Positions 43,393 to 53,444 of a DNA stretch of 64,000 nucleotides are shown here, one piece after another. Numbering within the stretch: position 1 is the stretch's first letter; each line of letters begins with the position of its first letter. Position numbers and translations under genes: made by a program. The stretch comes from Candidatus Acidiferrales bacterium (lineage in GTDB: Bacteria > Acidobacteriota > Terriglobia > Acidiferrales > UBA7541). Location of the stretch: assembly GCA_050018375.1 (NCBI GenBank), contig JBEKAE010000010.1, positions 48,808 to 112,807 on the forward strand, in the 5' to 3' direction. The notes under the pieces were generated by a model that worked only from the letters and a program-made list of their open reading frames with translations, searched no databases and was not told the origin of the DNA.

Positions 43393-43583
43393 GGGCCCCC
43401 CCCGCACGAATCTTCTTCCGCAAACGTGGTGAAGTATCTCGCATGGCGGAGCGGCTTTGCAAGTATCAGGGCACGACAGGGCGAAAAAGTGGCCAAAATT
43501 GTCACCACAACGGAAGCATTTCATGCTTCGAACTCGAAGGAATTTGAGGGCGATTTCAGCGACGGCGGCCTTGGCGACGAACT

Positions 43584-43952
43584 TCAGGCACCGGAAGCTC
43601 TGCGCGCCGCCGCGGGAACCATGGATGGCAGGATGCGGCGAAATGGCAGCACGCTGAAGAACCTCTGGCGGCATGGATCGCAACGGTAGGCGGGAAACCC
43701 GAGAAAGCGCTTCAGGAAGAGGAGCGTGCCTTCCTCCACGCGGTTACGCGCGATATGCTCCAGGTCGAAGTTTCCGCATTTCGGACAATGGGCGTAGTGC
43801 GCAAAGGGGAGCGCTACGTGCCGCGCGTAGAATCGCAGATCGCACGTATGGCATCTCCAGGGCCGCAATCCGAGCCCCCTCGACAAGAAGTCGAGGAGGC
43901 CGCTGCGGCGCGAACGAAAACAGTGTGCACTCCGACACTGCGGGCAAATCAT
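43584..43952 (-). CDS. tandem zinc-ribbon small protein
   Basis: MICPQCRS...RCHTCDLRFY and HCPKCGN...RCDPCRQRFF give four CxxC pairs arranged as an internal duplication. Start taken at 43952. Confidence 0.45.
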   Translation of the reverse strand: MICPQCRSAHCFRSRRSGLLDFLSRGLGLRPWRCHTCDLRFYARHVALPFAHYAHCPKCGNFDLEHIARNRVEEGTLLFLKRFLGFPAYRCDPCRQRFFSVLPFRRILPSMVPAAARRASGA

Positions 43953-44178
43953 GGGGCCGGCCACCTCCGTATGTGGCGCGCTAGAGTAGCCAAAACGCAT
44001 TCGTCAGGCAAGACTCAAGGGCCACCCAATGATAGCCGGTCTCGCCCAGCAAGGGCGCGTCCAATGTAGCGCACTTACTATTCCGAGCAGGGAAGACAAT
44101 ACTTGTTCCCCAGTTCAACCTGCCGCATTTGCCGCGCAAACTCCCGGGCGGTGTAGAATACGGCCGAAAGGACCGCGC

Positions 44179-44589
44179 ATGCCCGACTACACCGCCGTGC
44201 ACGCACGGGCGGGAATCGACTCCAAACTGCCCAAGCTCGAAACCTGGCCCAACCATTTTCCGGGCTACGAGATCACAATCCGCTTTCCGGAGTACACTTC
44301 GGTTTGTCCCAAGACGGGGCTCCCGGACTACGGCGCGATCACGATTCAGTACCAACCGAACAAGCTCTGCCTGGAATTGAAGGCCCTGAAGATGTATCTG
44401 CTCGCGTATCGCAATCTGGGGATCTTTTACGAAAATGCCGTGAACCGGATGCTGCGAGACATCGTCGCGGCGATCCGCCCCGTGCAGTGCCGCGTGACCG
44501 GCGAATTCACGCCGCGCGGCGGATTGACGACAACGGTTGAGGCGCGCTGGCCGCGCGGTTCCCGGGCCCGGCCGCTCGCGAGGGGATAG
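44179..44589 (+). CDS. queF: NADPH-dependent 7-cyano-7-deazaguanine reductase
   Basis: FPEYTSVCPKTGLPDYGAITIQYQP...KALKMYLLAYRNLGIFYENAVNRMLRD is the type-I QueF signature. ATG at 44179. Confidence 0.9.
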   Translation: MPDYTAVHARAGIDSKLPKLETWPNHFPGYEITIRFPEYTSVCPKTGLPDYGAITIQYQPNKLCLELKALKMYLLAYRNLGIFYENAVNRMLRDIVAAIRPVQCRVTGEFTPRGGLTTTVEARWPRGSRARPLARG

Positions 44590-44666
44590 ACTTCGCTCGG
44601 CGGCTCGGCGATAATCCCTCATCGCACCCCGGCCAATGGAAGCGCGGCGCTTTCCGCGAAGGAGGA

Positions 44667-45536
44667 ATGATGAGTTCGAGTTCGAACACGCCCGGTGAGG
44701 CCCCGGCAGTCGAAGTGGCGGCCCTGCCGCGCTGGGTGACGGTACTTTTCGTCGCGGCATTTGCGCTGGTGGGCTATTTGCTTTATGCGAACTACGCGCA
44801 GCGCCAGGCCCTGCTCAAGAGCCAGGAAGACGCCGACAAGAAGACGCAGGCAATCGCCGCGGAACTCGACAAGACGAATGCGCGCGTCGCTGACCTAAAA
44901 GGAGAGCTGGACGTCACGTCGCAGAAGCTCAGCCTGAGCCAGGATGAACTGGCGCGCGCGCGCGGCCTCGCGCAGACCGCCCGAGCCGAGCAACAAAAGA
45001 GCGACGCGGCGCTTCGCCAGCAGATCGGGGCGGTCGAGGCGGACACAACGACGAAGTTCGGCCAAGTGACGACCCAGCTAAGCGGCACGCAGAGCGACCT
45101 TTCGGCCACGAAAGCGGACCTTGAAGCCACGAAGGGCAAACTCCAGAGCACCATCGGCGATCTCGGAGTCCAGAGCGGGCTGATTGCCCGCAATCACGAC
45201 GAGGTCGAGGAACTGAAACGGCTCGGCGAACGAGACATTTTCGAGTTCTCGCTCAATAAGTCTGCCAAGAGTCCCGATCGGGTCGGCCCCATCCAGGTGC
45301 AGCTGCGAAAGGTCGACACGAAGCACTACCGCTATACGGTGAACGTCGTCGCGGACGACAAAACCATCGAGAAGAAGGACAAGACCGTCGGCGAGCCCGT
45401 GCAGTTTTACGTGCGTGGTGCGCGCGCCCCGTACGAGATCGTTGTATTCGATCTCAGCAAGGACCAGGCGAAGGGCTACTTGAGCACGCCGAAGTCCGCG
45501 ACCGCCGCGCCACCAGCCACGCCACCGGGCAATTGA
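44667..45536 (+). CDS. membrane-anchored coiled-coil protein, unknown function
   Basis: TM helix (WVTVLFVAAFALVGYLLY), then ~130 aa of heptad-like Q/K/E/A/L sequence, then a C-terminal beta-rich domain. Start 44667 or 44670 (AAGGAGG upstream). Confidence 0.5.
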   Translation: MMSSSSNTPGEAPAVEVAALPRWVTVLFVAAFALVGYLLYANYAQRQALLKSQEDADKKTQAIAAELDKTNARVADLKGELDVTSQKLSLSQDELARARGLAQTARAEQQKSDAALRQQIGAVEADTTTKFGQVTTQLSGTQSDLSATKADLEATKGKLQSTIGDLGVQSGLIARNHDEVEELKRLGERDIFEFSLNKSAKSPDRVGPIQVQLRKVDTKHYRYTVNVVADDKTIEKKDKTVGEPVQFYVRGARAPYEIVVFDLSKDQAKGYLSTPKSATAAPPATPPGN

Positions 45537-45569
45537 CGCGGAGCGGTTCACTCGGCCGGCCGGCTCACA

Positions 45570-46778
45570 TTGAAAAAATCGAGAAACACAGTCTTTTTCG
45601 TCACAATTCTCGTCCTATCCATGGGACTCACTGCGACACCTGCGCCGCGCGCGCAAGCGAACAGCGCGCCCGCGCCGCAGGCGGTTCCTTCCGCTTCCGC
45701 GCGATTTGCTTTTGGAGGAAACGCGGCTGAGATTCCGGCCGAATTCATCGACGGTCTGGTGTTCCTGCCGCTTCGCGTGAACGAAAGCCAGCCGTGTCTT
45801 TTCCTGTTCGATCCGACCGCCGAGTCTTCGTCGATCGATCCGAGCCGCGCCGCCGAACTAGGGATCCCCTCCGCGCAGAGCGTCGCTCTCGAGCTGGCGG
45901 GCGTAACATTTTTCTTGCCTGCGTTGCCGCAGGTCCCGAAGCCGAACTTCGCCGCGCGGGTCGGCCGAGCCTACGAAGGGACGCTCGGCAAGGACTTCGT
46001 TGAGAGCGTCGTGGTCGAGATCGACTACGCGCGGAAAACCGTCCGGCTCTACGATCCTGCCGTCTATCAGTATTCCGGCCGGGGCACGAGCTCCCATCTC
46101 GCCTTCGCGGGAACGATGCCCGTCGTGCAGGCGAAGTTCAGCGTGACGAGCAGCAAGGTTTTCGAGGCCAGCTTTGGCGTCAATCCGGCTCTCGACGTCT
46201 CGGTCCTGATTTCGGACCACTACGAGGGCGGCCATCACCTGCTCTCTTCGCACTTGAAGACCATTCCGGCCATGTACCCGAATGGAGGGGAGAATGCCGT
46301 TCTCGGACGCCTGCCGGTGTTCCAGGTCGGGCCCATTCCCGTGCAGGGTTCGATTGCCGAGTTCTCGCGGGAGAATCCGATTGTGAACGGCAGCGTGCGC
46401 CTCGCGGGCGAAATCGGCGCGGGGATGCTGCGTCGCTACATCATGGTTTTCGACTACCCGCACCAACAAATCATCTTCAATCCGAATAGCGAGATCCGCA
46501 GCGACGAGCAAGAGGACATGAGCGGGATCGCCGTCATCGCGAAGGGGCCGGGGCTGAGAACCTTCGAAGTGGCGCAGGTGCGCAAGGGTACCCCGGGAGC
46601 CGACGCGCGCATTCAGAACGGCGACATTATCGTGGGCATCGACCAGGATCCGGCGGCCGATCTCTCACTCGAGGAGATTCGCGATCTCTTCCGCCGGCCG
46701 GGCCATCCCTACAAACTCACGATCGAGCGGAACGGCCGGACGCTTTCTCTCACGATGAAGCTGCGGCACCTGCTCTGA
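45570..46778 (+). CDS. secreted retropepsin-like (aspartyl protease fold) protein with C-terminal PDZ domain
   Basis: Signal peptide. LFLFDPTAESSSID sits where bacterial retropepsin-like proteins carry DTGAS. C-terminal PDZ (GIAVIAKG...VRKGTPGADARIQNGDIIVGID...). Confidence 0.55.
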   Translation: MKKSRNTVFFVTILVLSMGLTATPAPRAQANSAPAPQAVPSASARFAFGGNAAEIPAEFIDGLVFLPLRVNESQPCLFLFDPTAESSSIDPSRAAELGIPSAQSVALELAGVTFFLPALPQVPKPNFAARVGRAYEGTLGKDFVESVVVEIDYARKTVRLYDPAVYQYSGRGTSSHLAFAGTMPVVQAKFSVTSSKVFEASFGVNPALDVSVLISDHYEGGHHLLSSHLKTIPAMYPNGGENAVLGRLPVFQVGPIPVQGSIAEFSRENPIVNGSVRLAGEIGAGMLRRYIMVFDYPHQQIIFNPNSEIRSDEQEDMSGIAVIAKGPGLRTFEVAQVRKGTPGADARIQNGDIIVGIDQDPAADLSLEEIRDLFRRPGHPYKLTIERNGRTLSLTMKLRHLL

Positions 46779-46810
46779 TTCCGGGGTGTCGGGGGTGTCC
46801 GGCGGCAGAG

Positions 46811-49258
46811 CTAGTCGAAACGGCGGAGGATCGAGGCCATCCGGCTCAAGCGCGCGTCCACCTTCGCAAACACCGTGCCGGGCTCGAACTTTCCCGACGC
46901 GCTGCGCTTGCCGGCGTGAACTCCGGTGAGGATTTCGATTCCTTGCTGGACGGTCGCGACAGGATAGATGTAGAAGCGGCCCTGCGCGACCGCTTCGATC
47001 ACTTCGTCGCGCAGCATCAGATCATCCACGTTTTCCGCTGGAATCAGCACGCCCTGCTGGCCGGTGAGGCCCTTGAGTCGGCACACGTCGTAGAAGCCTT
47101 CGATCTTCTCATTCACGCCGCCGATCGGCTGGACATCGCCCTGCTGGTTCACCGAGCCAGTGACGGCGAGGTCCTGCCGGATCGGAAGCTCCGCGAGCGC
47201 GGAGAGAAGCCCGTAGATTTCGGTCGAACTCGCGCTATCGCCATCGACGCCGGAGTAGGACTGCTCGAAGCAAACGCTTGCGGAAAGCGAGAGCGGCTTA
47301 TCCTGCGCGAATGTGTTGCGCAAGTAGCCGGCGATGATCTGCACGCCCTTGTCGTGGAAGCGGCCGCTCAGATTGGACTCGCGCTCTATATTGATGATCC
47401 CGACTTTTCCAAGGGCCACCGACGCCGTGATACGGACGGGCTTGCCGAAGGCGTAACCGCCGATTTCCATCACGCTCAGGCCGTTCACCTGGCCCACGCG
47501 CCCGCCGGTCGTATCGATGAACACCAGGTTCTGCTCGATCATTTCGCGGATTTTTGTTTCGAGCAGGTTGTGCCGCTCGATCTTCGCGTCGAGAGCCTGC
47601 CGAACGTGCCCGGAGTTGACGAGTTTGTCTCCGTCGTGCCGCGCCGCGTAAGAAGCCTCGCGGGCGAGATCGGCGAGATCGAAAAATCGCGCGGTGATCT
47701 TGCCGCGCCGCCCGGCGAGGCGGACTCCGTGTTCGAGAATCGAGGCAACGGCCGAGCGGTCGAAATGAAGGAGTTTTTCATCCTCGGCCAGCTTCCGCAG
47801 GCGCCCGCCATACTGACGCACGATTTCATCGCTCCACTTCATCTCTTCGTCGAACTCGACGCGAACCTTGAAAATTTTTTTGAAGTCGTCCTCGTAGTCG
47901 TAGAGCAGCTCATACATGCTGCGATCGCCGATGAGGATGACTTTTACGTGGACGTCGATCGGCTCCGGCTTCAACGCCGCCGTGCTGAAGGGAAAAAACA
48001 TATCGACCGGCTGGATTTCGAGCTTCCCGTGATTGAGCGTGCGCTTCAGCGTGCGCCACACGCCGGTTTCCGTCAGCGCGTCGAGCGAGTACATCACCAG
48101 GAATCCGCCGTCGGCGCGCAGAAGCGAGCCGCCGCGCAGATCCATGAAATCGGAGTTCCAGCTGCCGCGCGTGTCGTAGCTGCGATGAACGGTGCCGAAA
48201 AGATTTGCGTACGTGGGAATCGTCTCGAAGATGACGGGACATTTTTCGTGCTCGTTGTGAGCGAGAATCACGTTCACGCCGTAGACGCGGAACGGATCGC
48301 GGTCGGACCGCTCGGGGCGCGGGCTGCCGCCTCCCTCCGAGGGCGGCTGCTCTTCTTCGCCTTCGCGTTCCTTGAAGGGATCGAGATTGTCGAGGATGTG
48401 ATGGCGAACCTCTTCGAGGTATTCCGAGATCTGCGGGCTGGAATACTTTTCCTTGAGCTCTTCGATCACGCCATCCACCAGCACGGACGCAGCTTCTTGT
48501 TCGAGGTAGCTCATCTCGCTCGCCAGCTCCCGCGAGAGCGAAAGGGTTCTCCGGTAGACGACGGTGAATTCCTGCCGGAACTGATCGTATTTCCGCTCGA
48601 GTTCCTCCGCGGCGGTGCTTTCGAGTTTGCCGTCCTGCACCATCTTGGGGATTTCCTCGATCGGGACCATCTGGCCATCCAGCACGGGGAAAATTTCCGG
48701 AAGGGCCACCGCGCCCACCTGCATCCGGCCGAGCGCGAACTGTTCGCGCGCGATCCGCCGGGTGAAGTCGTCCATCAGCTCCTTTTCGCGCACTGTGAAG
48801 CGCTCGACGATCCGCGTTTTCTGCCGCTGGAACGGTTCTCCCTCGAACACCTGCGGGATGCGCCGGCGCAGGAAGTCGATCCCCGATTCGACCTCTTTCT
48901 TGAAAGCATTCGCTTGGCCGCGCGGCAGCGTAAGCAGGCGCGGCCGGTCGGAATTCTTGAAGTTATTGACGTAGCAGCGGTCGGGAGCCGGTTCGGCCGC
49001 GGGATGCATCTCTTCGATCATCCGGACGATCATGCCGCCGCGGCTCGTCCCGGAAAGGCCGCAGACGAAAAGGTTGTAGCCGGACGCAGTCAGCTCGACG
49101 CCCATCCGCAGCGCACGGAGCGCGCGCTCCTGCCCGAGATCGTTCGAGACCGGCTGGACTTCCGCTGTCGTTTCGAACGGGATGCCGCCTGGATCGCAGC
49201 GCCAGCGGAGTTTTTCGGGGGCCAGGCCGGGATGTTGCGGTTTGGAATTCTTCGCCAT
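46811..49258 (-). CDS. Lon-like protease (S16 domain) with degenerate AAA+ module
   Basis: C-terminal Lon proteolytic domain (GQVNGLSV..., GVDGDSASSTEIYGLLSAL with catalytic Ser, GGVNEKIEG with Lys). The expected Walker A position reads GLSGTSRGG. Start taken at MAKNSKPQ (49258). Confidence 0.8.
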   Translation of the reverse strand: MAKNSKPQHPGLAPEKLRWRCDPGGIPFETTAEVQPVSNDLGQERALRALRMGVELTASGYNLFVCGLSGTSRGGMIVRMIEEMHPAAEPAPDRCYVNNFKNSDRPRLLTLPRGQANAFKKEVESGIDFLRRRIPQVFEGEPFQRQKTRIVERFTVREKELMDDFTRRIAREQFALGRMQVGAVALPEIFPVLDGQMVPIEEIPKMVQDGKLESTAAEELERKYDQFRQEFTVVYRRTLSLSRELASEMSYLEQEAASVLVDGVIEELKEKYSSPQISEYLEEVRHHILDNLDPFKEREGEEEQPPSEGGGSPRPERSDRDPFRVYGVNVILAHNEHEKCPVIFETIPTYANLFGTVHRSYDTRGSWNSDFMDLRGGSLLRADGGFLVMYSLDALTETGVWRTLKRTLNHGKLEIQPVDMFFPFSTAALKPEPIDVHVKVILIGDRSMYELLYDYEDDFKKIFKVRVEFDEEMKWSDEIVRQYGGRLRKLAEDEKLLHFDRSAVASILEHGVRLAGRRGKITARFFDLADLAREASYAARHDGDKLVNSGHVRQALDAKIERHNLLETKIREMIEQNLVFIDTTGGRVGQVNGLSVMEIGGYAFGKPVRITASVALGKVGIINIERESNLSGRFHDKGVQIIAGYLRNTFAQDKPLSLSASVCFEQSYSGVDGDSASSTEIYGLLSALAELPIRQDLAVTGSVNQQGDVQPIGGVNEKIEGFYDVCRLKGLTGQQGVLIPAENVDDLMLRDEVIEAVAQGRFYIYPVATVQQGIEILTGVHAGKRSASGKFEPGTVFAKVDARLSRMASILRRFD

Positions 49259-49287
49259 TCGGCTTCTATCGGCTCTCCTGAGGGGCG

Positions 49288-50427
49288 CTACTCTAGCACG
49301 GCGCCCATTTTCTTCGTACCGCCGCCGGAGCGCTTGTTTCCAGCGTGCGCACCGGGGGCATACAAGTCGAGAAGGCTGGCGGCGGTCGCGACGATGATGG
49401 GTCCGAGCACGACGCCCAGCAACCCGAAGACGCTGATCCCCCCGAGCACGCTGATGAAAACGACGAGCCCACCCATCTCCGCCCTGCCGCTGATCAGCCA
49501 CGGCCGGATGAAATTATCGACGAGGCCGACGATGACGCAGCAGAAAACTGCAAGGGCGATTCCGCGCCCCATGTGGCCTCCGATAATCAGGCTGATCGAA
49601 GCCGGAACCCAAATGAGAGCGGAACCTACGATAGGAATAAACGAAAAGAACCCCATCATCACACCCCAGAACAGCGGCCCCTTGATTCCGGTCAAACCGA
49701 ACGCCAAACCGCCCAACAACCCATGCGCACCGGCCGCGACCAGGCTCGATGTGACGCTTGCGAAGATAAGATTCCGCGTATCGGAGAGCATGCGATCGCG
49801 GTGATCGAGGTCGAACGGCAACAGTTGCCGGAGACGCTCGACCATCGAATCGCCGTCGCGGTAAAGATAGAACATGGCGAGAATCGTCACAAACAGATGA
49901 AACAAGAAGAACGCCGTATTTTTCAGAATTGTGGCGAGCTGCATGCCGACAAATGCCGCCGCTCGCTCGGCATATTGATGGAACGAGGTTATCAGGTCGG
50001 CCGATCCCAGATCGGGGAAGCGGTGCTGAAGCCGTGTCCATAGGTCGCTCAACCACACGAAGTGGCCGGTCTCAACGTTGAACTGAATCGACTGCTCCGC
50101 CTCCATGCCTTGGCGGACGAACGCAATCATCACGAGGACGGCCGGAACGATCAAAACCAGCGTCGCGCCGAGAGTGCAGGTGAGCGCTGCCCTCGTTCGA
50201 TCCCACCGGCGCTCCAGCCGTTCGTAGATGGGATAGGAAACGACAACGAGCACAGCCGCCCAGGCAAGCGCCACTAGAAAAGGCTCAAAGATCAGATAGG
50301 CCAGATAGGCGAGCAGGATCACGGTGCCGTAGAACAACACGCCGCCCAATCGCCTCTGTAAGTTGGTTTCCGCGCTCAAACAGCCCTCTCTTTCTCCGCC
50401 CCGCCAAAGACTGACTGATAGTTGCAA
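49288..50427 (-). CDS. AI-2E family transporter (PerM/UPF0118)
   Basis: 8-TM profile with family-typical segments (FEPFLVALAWAAVLVVVSYPIY, GLVDNFIRPWLISGRAEM). TTG start uncertain. Confidence 0.75.
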   Translation of the reverse strand: MQLSVSLWRGGEREGCLSAETNLQRRLGGVLFYGTVILLAYLAYLIFEPFLVALAWAAVLVVVSYPIYERLERRWDRTRAALTCTLGATLVLIVPAVLVMIAFVRQGMEAEQSIQFNVETGHFVWLSDLWTRLQHRFPDLGSADLITSFHQYAERAAAFVGMQLATILKNTAFFLFHLFVTILAMFYLYRDGDSMVERLRQLLPFDLDHRDRMLSDTRNLIFASVTSSLVAAGAHGLLGGLAFGLTGIKGPLFWGVMMGFFSFIPIVGSALIWVPASISLIIGGHMGRGIALAVFCCVIVGLVDNFIRPWLISGRAEMGGLVVFISVLGGISVFGLLGVVLGPIIVATAASLLDLYAPGAHAGNKRSGGGTKKMGAVLE

Positions 50428-50468
50428 TCCGCGCGTTTGTCAACTCCGGTCGGGCTGCCGCGCGAGAC

Positions 50469-50669
50469 ATGGATGCTATACTCCGGGCAGGTTCGAACCT
50501 CATGGCTACCACGCCGAATCCCGCCTGCCAGCACAAACGCACGCGACTGATCGCCAAGGACAACGAGGCGCAGTACGTCGAATGCCTCGACTGCGGCGAA
50601 ATCCTCGAGGCCGGAGAAATCGAAAAGAAGGAAGGCACCGGCTTCGACGAGTCGCTCTCCGACGCCTGA
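50469..50669 (+). CDS. small zinc-ribbon-like hypothetical protein
   Basis: CQH...CLDCGE metal-binding-like pairs and an acidic C-terminus. Start 50469 or 50502. Weak support. Confidence 0.35.
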   Translation: MDAILRAGSNLMATTPNPACQHKRTRLIAKDNEAQYVECLDCGEILEAGEIEKKEGTGFDESLSDA

Positions 50670-50750
50670 CGATCGCAAGCGGAGTATCACTAGCGTGAAG
50701 TAATGTTTTGAGATACGCTCTGCGCCTCAAGGCCCCGTCCTTGTCTTGGG

Positions 50751-52292
50751 ATGCTCTTCAAAACGTTCAGCGCCGCCGTCTTTGGTATCGACGCCTACCT
50801 CGTGGAGGTCGAGGTGGACGTGAGTCACGCCTTTGAGGGCGCTTTCAACGTCGTTGGCCTGCCGGACATCGCCGTCAAGGAGAGCCGCGAGCGTATCAAG
50901 TCGGCGCTCCGGAACTGCGGCTTCGACTTTCCTTCCCAGCAGGTCGTCACCATCAACCTCGCGCCCGCGGATATCCGCAAGGAAGGCTCCGCGTTCGATC
51001 TGCCGATGGCGCTGGGCGTTCTCGGCTGTCAGGGAACGTTCTTCGGGAAGATTCTCAACACGCACGTCTTTCTCGGCGAGTTGTCGCTTGATGGCGGCGT
51101 GCGGTCGGTGCGCGGCGCGCTGTCGGCCGCGCTGGCGGCGCGGGAAAACGGCATCCGAAACGTGGTGGTGCCGGAGGCGAATGCGCGCGAAGCGGCGGTC
51201 GTCGAAGGCATTCAGGTTTTCGGCGTGAAATCGCTGCCGCAGGCCGCCGACCTGATCAATTCGCCGGAGTCGTTTCATCCGATTGCGGTCGACACCTCCC
51301 AGATGCTGGCCGAAGCGAGCCAGTACGCGGTGGACCTGCGCGATGTGCGCGGGCAGATGGCGGCCAAGCGCGCCCTCGAAGTGGCCTGCGCGGGAAGCCA
51401 CAATATCCTTTTCATCGGCCCGCCGGGCGCGGGCAAGACCATGCTCGCCAAGCGCATTCCCACGATTCTTCCGCCGATGTCGCTCGAGGAAGCCATCGAG
51501 ACGACACGGATCCATAGCGTCGCCGGGCTGCTCGAAGATGCGCGCGGATTGGTCGGCACGCGGCCGTTCCGCTCGCCGCACCACACAATCAGCGACGCGG
51601 GCCTGATCGGCGGCGGAGCGGTGCCACGTCCCGGCGAAGTCTCGCTGGGGCACAACGGCGTGCTTTTCCTCGACGAGCTGCCGGAATTTCAGCGCAACGT
51701 GCTCGAAGTGATGCGCCAGCCGCTCGAGGATGGATGCGTCACGATCGCACGCGCCGCGCTCTCCGTCAGCTTTCCTTCGCGCTTCATGCTGGCCGCCGCC
51801 ATGAACCCGTGCCCGTGCGGTTTTTTCGGCGACGCCACGCGCGAATGCCACTGCTCGCCGGCCCAGATCCAGCGCTACGTCTCGAAGATTTCCGGACCGC
51901 TGCTCGACCGTATCGACATTCACATAGAGGTACCGGCGGTGAAGTACAAGGAACTCCGCGGCGATGCGGAGATCGAGAGTTCGGACAGCGTGCGGGAGCG
52001 CGTCCTGCGAGCGCGGAAGATCCAGCTCCAACGCTATCGCGGCGAAAAAAGGCTCTACGCCAACGCCCAGATGCCGCCGAAACTGATCCGCAAGCACTGC
52101 GCGATTTCAGCGGACGGCGAAAAGCTGCTCGAGGCGGCGATTGCGCGCCTCGGTCTTTCGGCCCGCGCCCACGACCGTATTCTCAAGGTTTCGCGCACGA
52201 TCGCCGACCTTGAAGGAGCGCCCTCCATCGAGCCCAAGCACTTGAGCGAAGCCATCCAGTACCGCACCCTCGACCGCACCTACTGGGCGTAG
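50751..52292 (+). CDS. comM: YifB/ComM family Mg-chelatase-like AAA+ ATPase
   Basis: N-terminal Lon-protease-like domain ([16 protein letters not shown]). Walker [23 protein letters not shown]-terminal ...LSEAIQYR. Confidence 0.9.
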   Translation: MLFKTFSAAVFGIDAYLVEVEVDVSHAFEGAFNVVGLPDIAVKESRERIKSALRNCGFDFPSQQVVTINLAPADIRKEGSAFDLPMALGVLGCQGTFFGKILNTHVFLGELSLDGGVRSVRGALSAALAARENGIRNVVVPEANAREAAVVEGIQVFGVKSLPQAADLINSPESFHPIAVDTSQMLAEASQYAVDLRDVRGQMAAKRALEVACAGSHNILFIGPPGAGKTMLAKRIPTILPPMSLEEAIETTRIHSVAGLLEDARGLVGTRPFRSPHHTISDAGLIGGGAVPRPGEVSLGHNGVLFLDELPEFQRNVLEVMRQPLEDGCVTIARAALSVSFPSRFMLAAAMNPCPCGFFGDATRECHCSPAQIQRYVSKISGPLLDRIDIHIEVPAVKYKELRGDAEIESSDSVRERVLRARKIQLQRYRGEKRLYANAQMPPKLIRKHCAISADGEKLLEAAIARLGLSARAHDRILKVSRTIADLEGAPSIEPKHLSEAIQYRTLDRTYWA

Positions 52293-52404
52293 TCGCCCAG
52301 CCGCTGTTTGGCGGCTTTTGTACATGCTTGACCGCATTGACGGCCCCACGGCCTGTGTGATACCCATGGTCGGCCCAAGCATCAGGGGTTACCCTCGACT
52401 CACC

Positions 52405-52854
52405 ATGGCGGCAAAGACCCAACGTCTCGAAGTCACGCTGGACACGCTGCTCGAAAGTGTGGACCTCGCGGAGAACATCGTGCAGCGCGTCGCCGAGGCC
52501 GCCGGCTTCAGCGAGGAAGACGTCCACAAGTTCGGGATGGCGGTGCGCGAGGGTGTGATCAATGCGTACAACTATGGCAACCGCCAGGACCGAACCAAGA
52601 AGATCCGGCTTGCCGTTGAGTTTGAACGCGAGCGAATGATCGTCCATGTGATTGACCAAGGACCGGGCTTCGAGCTCACCGAAGTGCCGGATCCCCTCGC
52701 CGAGGAGAACCTGCTGCGCACATCGGGGCGCGGGTTGTTCCTGATGCGGGCGTTCATGGACGAATTCACCGTGCAGCGCGCACCTGGCGGAGGAGCCGAG
52801 CTCGTGATGACGAAAAACCTGCCTCCTCGCTCTTCCGGCAACGGCGCATCCTAA
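52405..52854 (+). CDS. anti-sigma regulatory factor, Ser/Thr protein kinase (RsbW/SpoIIAB-like HATPase)
   Basis: AVREGVINAYNYGN (N-box), VIDQGPGF (G1), GRGLFLMRAFMDE (G2). ATG at 52405. Confidence 0.75.
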   Translation: MAAKTQRLEVTLDTLLESVDLAENIVQRVAEAAGFSEEDVHKFGMAVREGVINAYNYGNRQDRTKKIRLAVEFERERMIVHVIDQGPGFELTEVPDPLAEENLLRTSGRGLFLMRAFMDEFTVQRAPGGGAELVMTKNLPPRSSGNGAS

Positions 52855-53075
52855 CCCACGCAAGCCATGCAAGCGGGCCAAACGAGCCTTCCTTTGGCGC
52901 TCCATCCGCGCCCTGCAAACTCTGGACACCGAAATCCGTTTATGCAAGAATCCCGCCGCTGATGGGGGTGTGGTAGCGCCGTTGGGGGAAGTGCGAGTCC
53001 CGTTACGCGGATCCCGCTGGCGACCGGCGTTGCAATCACCTGAATCGGGACATCACTTGGGAGGAGCAGACACCG

Positions 53076-53282
53076 TTGGCTCGAGAACAGGGCGTCGTGA
53101 AGTGGTTCAACGCATCGAAGGGTTACGGGTTTATTCAACGTCAGTCAGGAGAGGACGTCTTCGTTCACTTCTCCGCCATCCAAATGGATGGATACAAGTC
53201 CCTGAACGAAGGGCAGCTTGTCGAATTTGAGGTCCGCCAGGGCCCCAAGGGCTTTCAGGCTGAAAACGTCACTAAGGTTTAG
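53076..53282 (+). CDS. cold-shock domain protein (CspA family)
   Basis: [15 protein letters not shown] (RNP1) and DVFVHFSAI (RNP2). TTG start with GGGAGGAG upstream. Confidence 0.9.
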   Translation: MAREQGVVKWFNASKGYGFIQRQSGEDVFVHFSAIQMDGYKSLNEGQLVEFEVRQGPKGFQAENVTKV

Positions 53283-53300
53283 CACGCGGCCGGTTTCCGG

Positions 53301-53328
53301 GCCCCGTTTCGCGCTTTTGGGACGGGGC
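53301..53328 (+). terminator. hairpin downstream of the cold-shock gene (weak terminator candidate)
   Basis: GCCCCGT...ACGGGGC, a 7-bp stem with a 14-nt loop. Poor U-tract. Confidence 0.3.
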
Positions 53329-53444
53329 ATCTTCCCAAGTGGCGGCCTCCTTCGCGCCGGAACTCTGCCTGCAGGCGCCCGCAGTTCGCTCCCGCGTGGC
53401 TTGTGATACGATTAAGATTCTAAGGTCTCCATAGGAGTGCGGTT

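Noticed and set aside
43953-44178. Possible preQ1 riboswitch upstream of queF
   Set aside because: There is no A-rich tail or small hairpin of the preQ1 type. A TAGAAT -10-like box near 44153 would leave almost no leader.
46916-49804. 962-aa ORF on the plus strand
   Set aside because: It is antisense to the Lon-like protease and the AI-2E transporter, which have clear signatures. The ORF itself has no motifs.
50485-50502. GGTTCGAACC, a tRNA T-loop-like sequence (also GGGTTCGATGCC near 10697-10708)
   Set aside because: The flanks do not form a T-stem or acceptor stem, and no cloverleaf can be drawn. I found no tRNA in the window.
50727-52097. 456-aa minus-strand ORF, plus similar long antisense ORFs at 60184-62127, 11608-12996, 12993-14048, 15665-16711, 42514-43689 and 54477-55439
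   Set aside because: Each lies opposite a confidently identified gene (comM, fabF/etfB, the M16 peptidase, rlmN, mtaB, the oxygenase, dgt) and lacks any recognisable domain.
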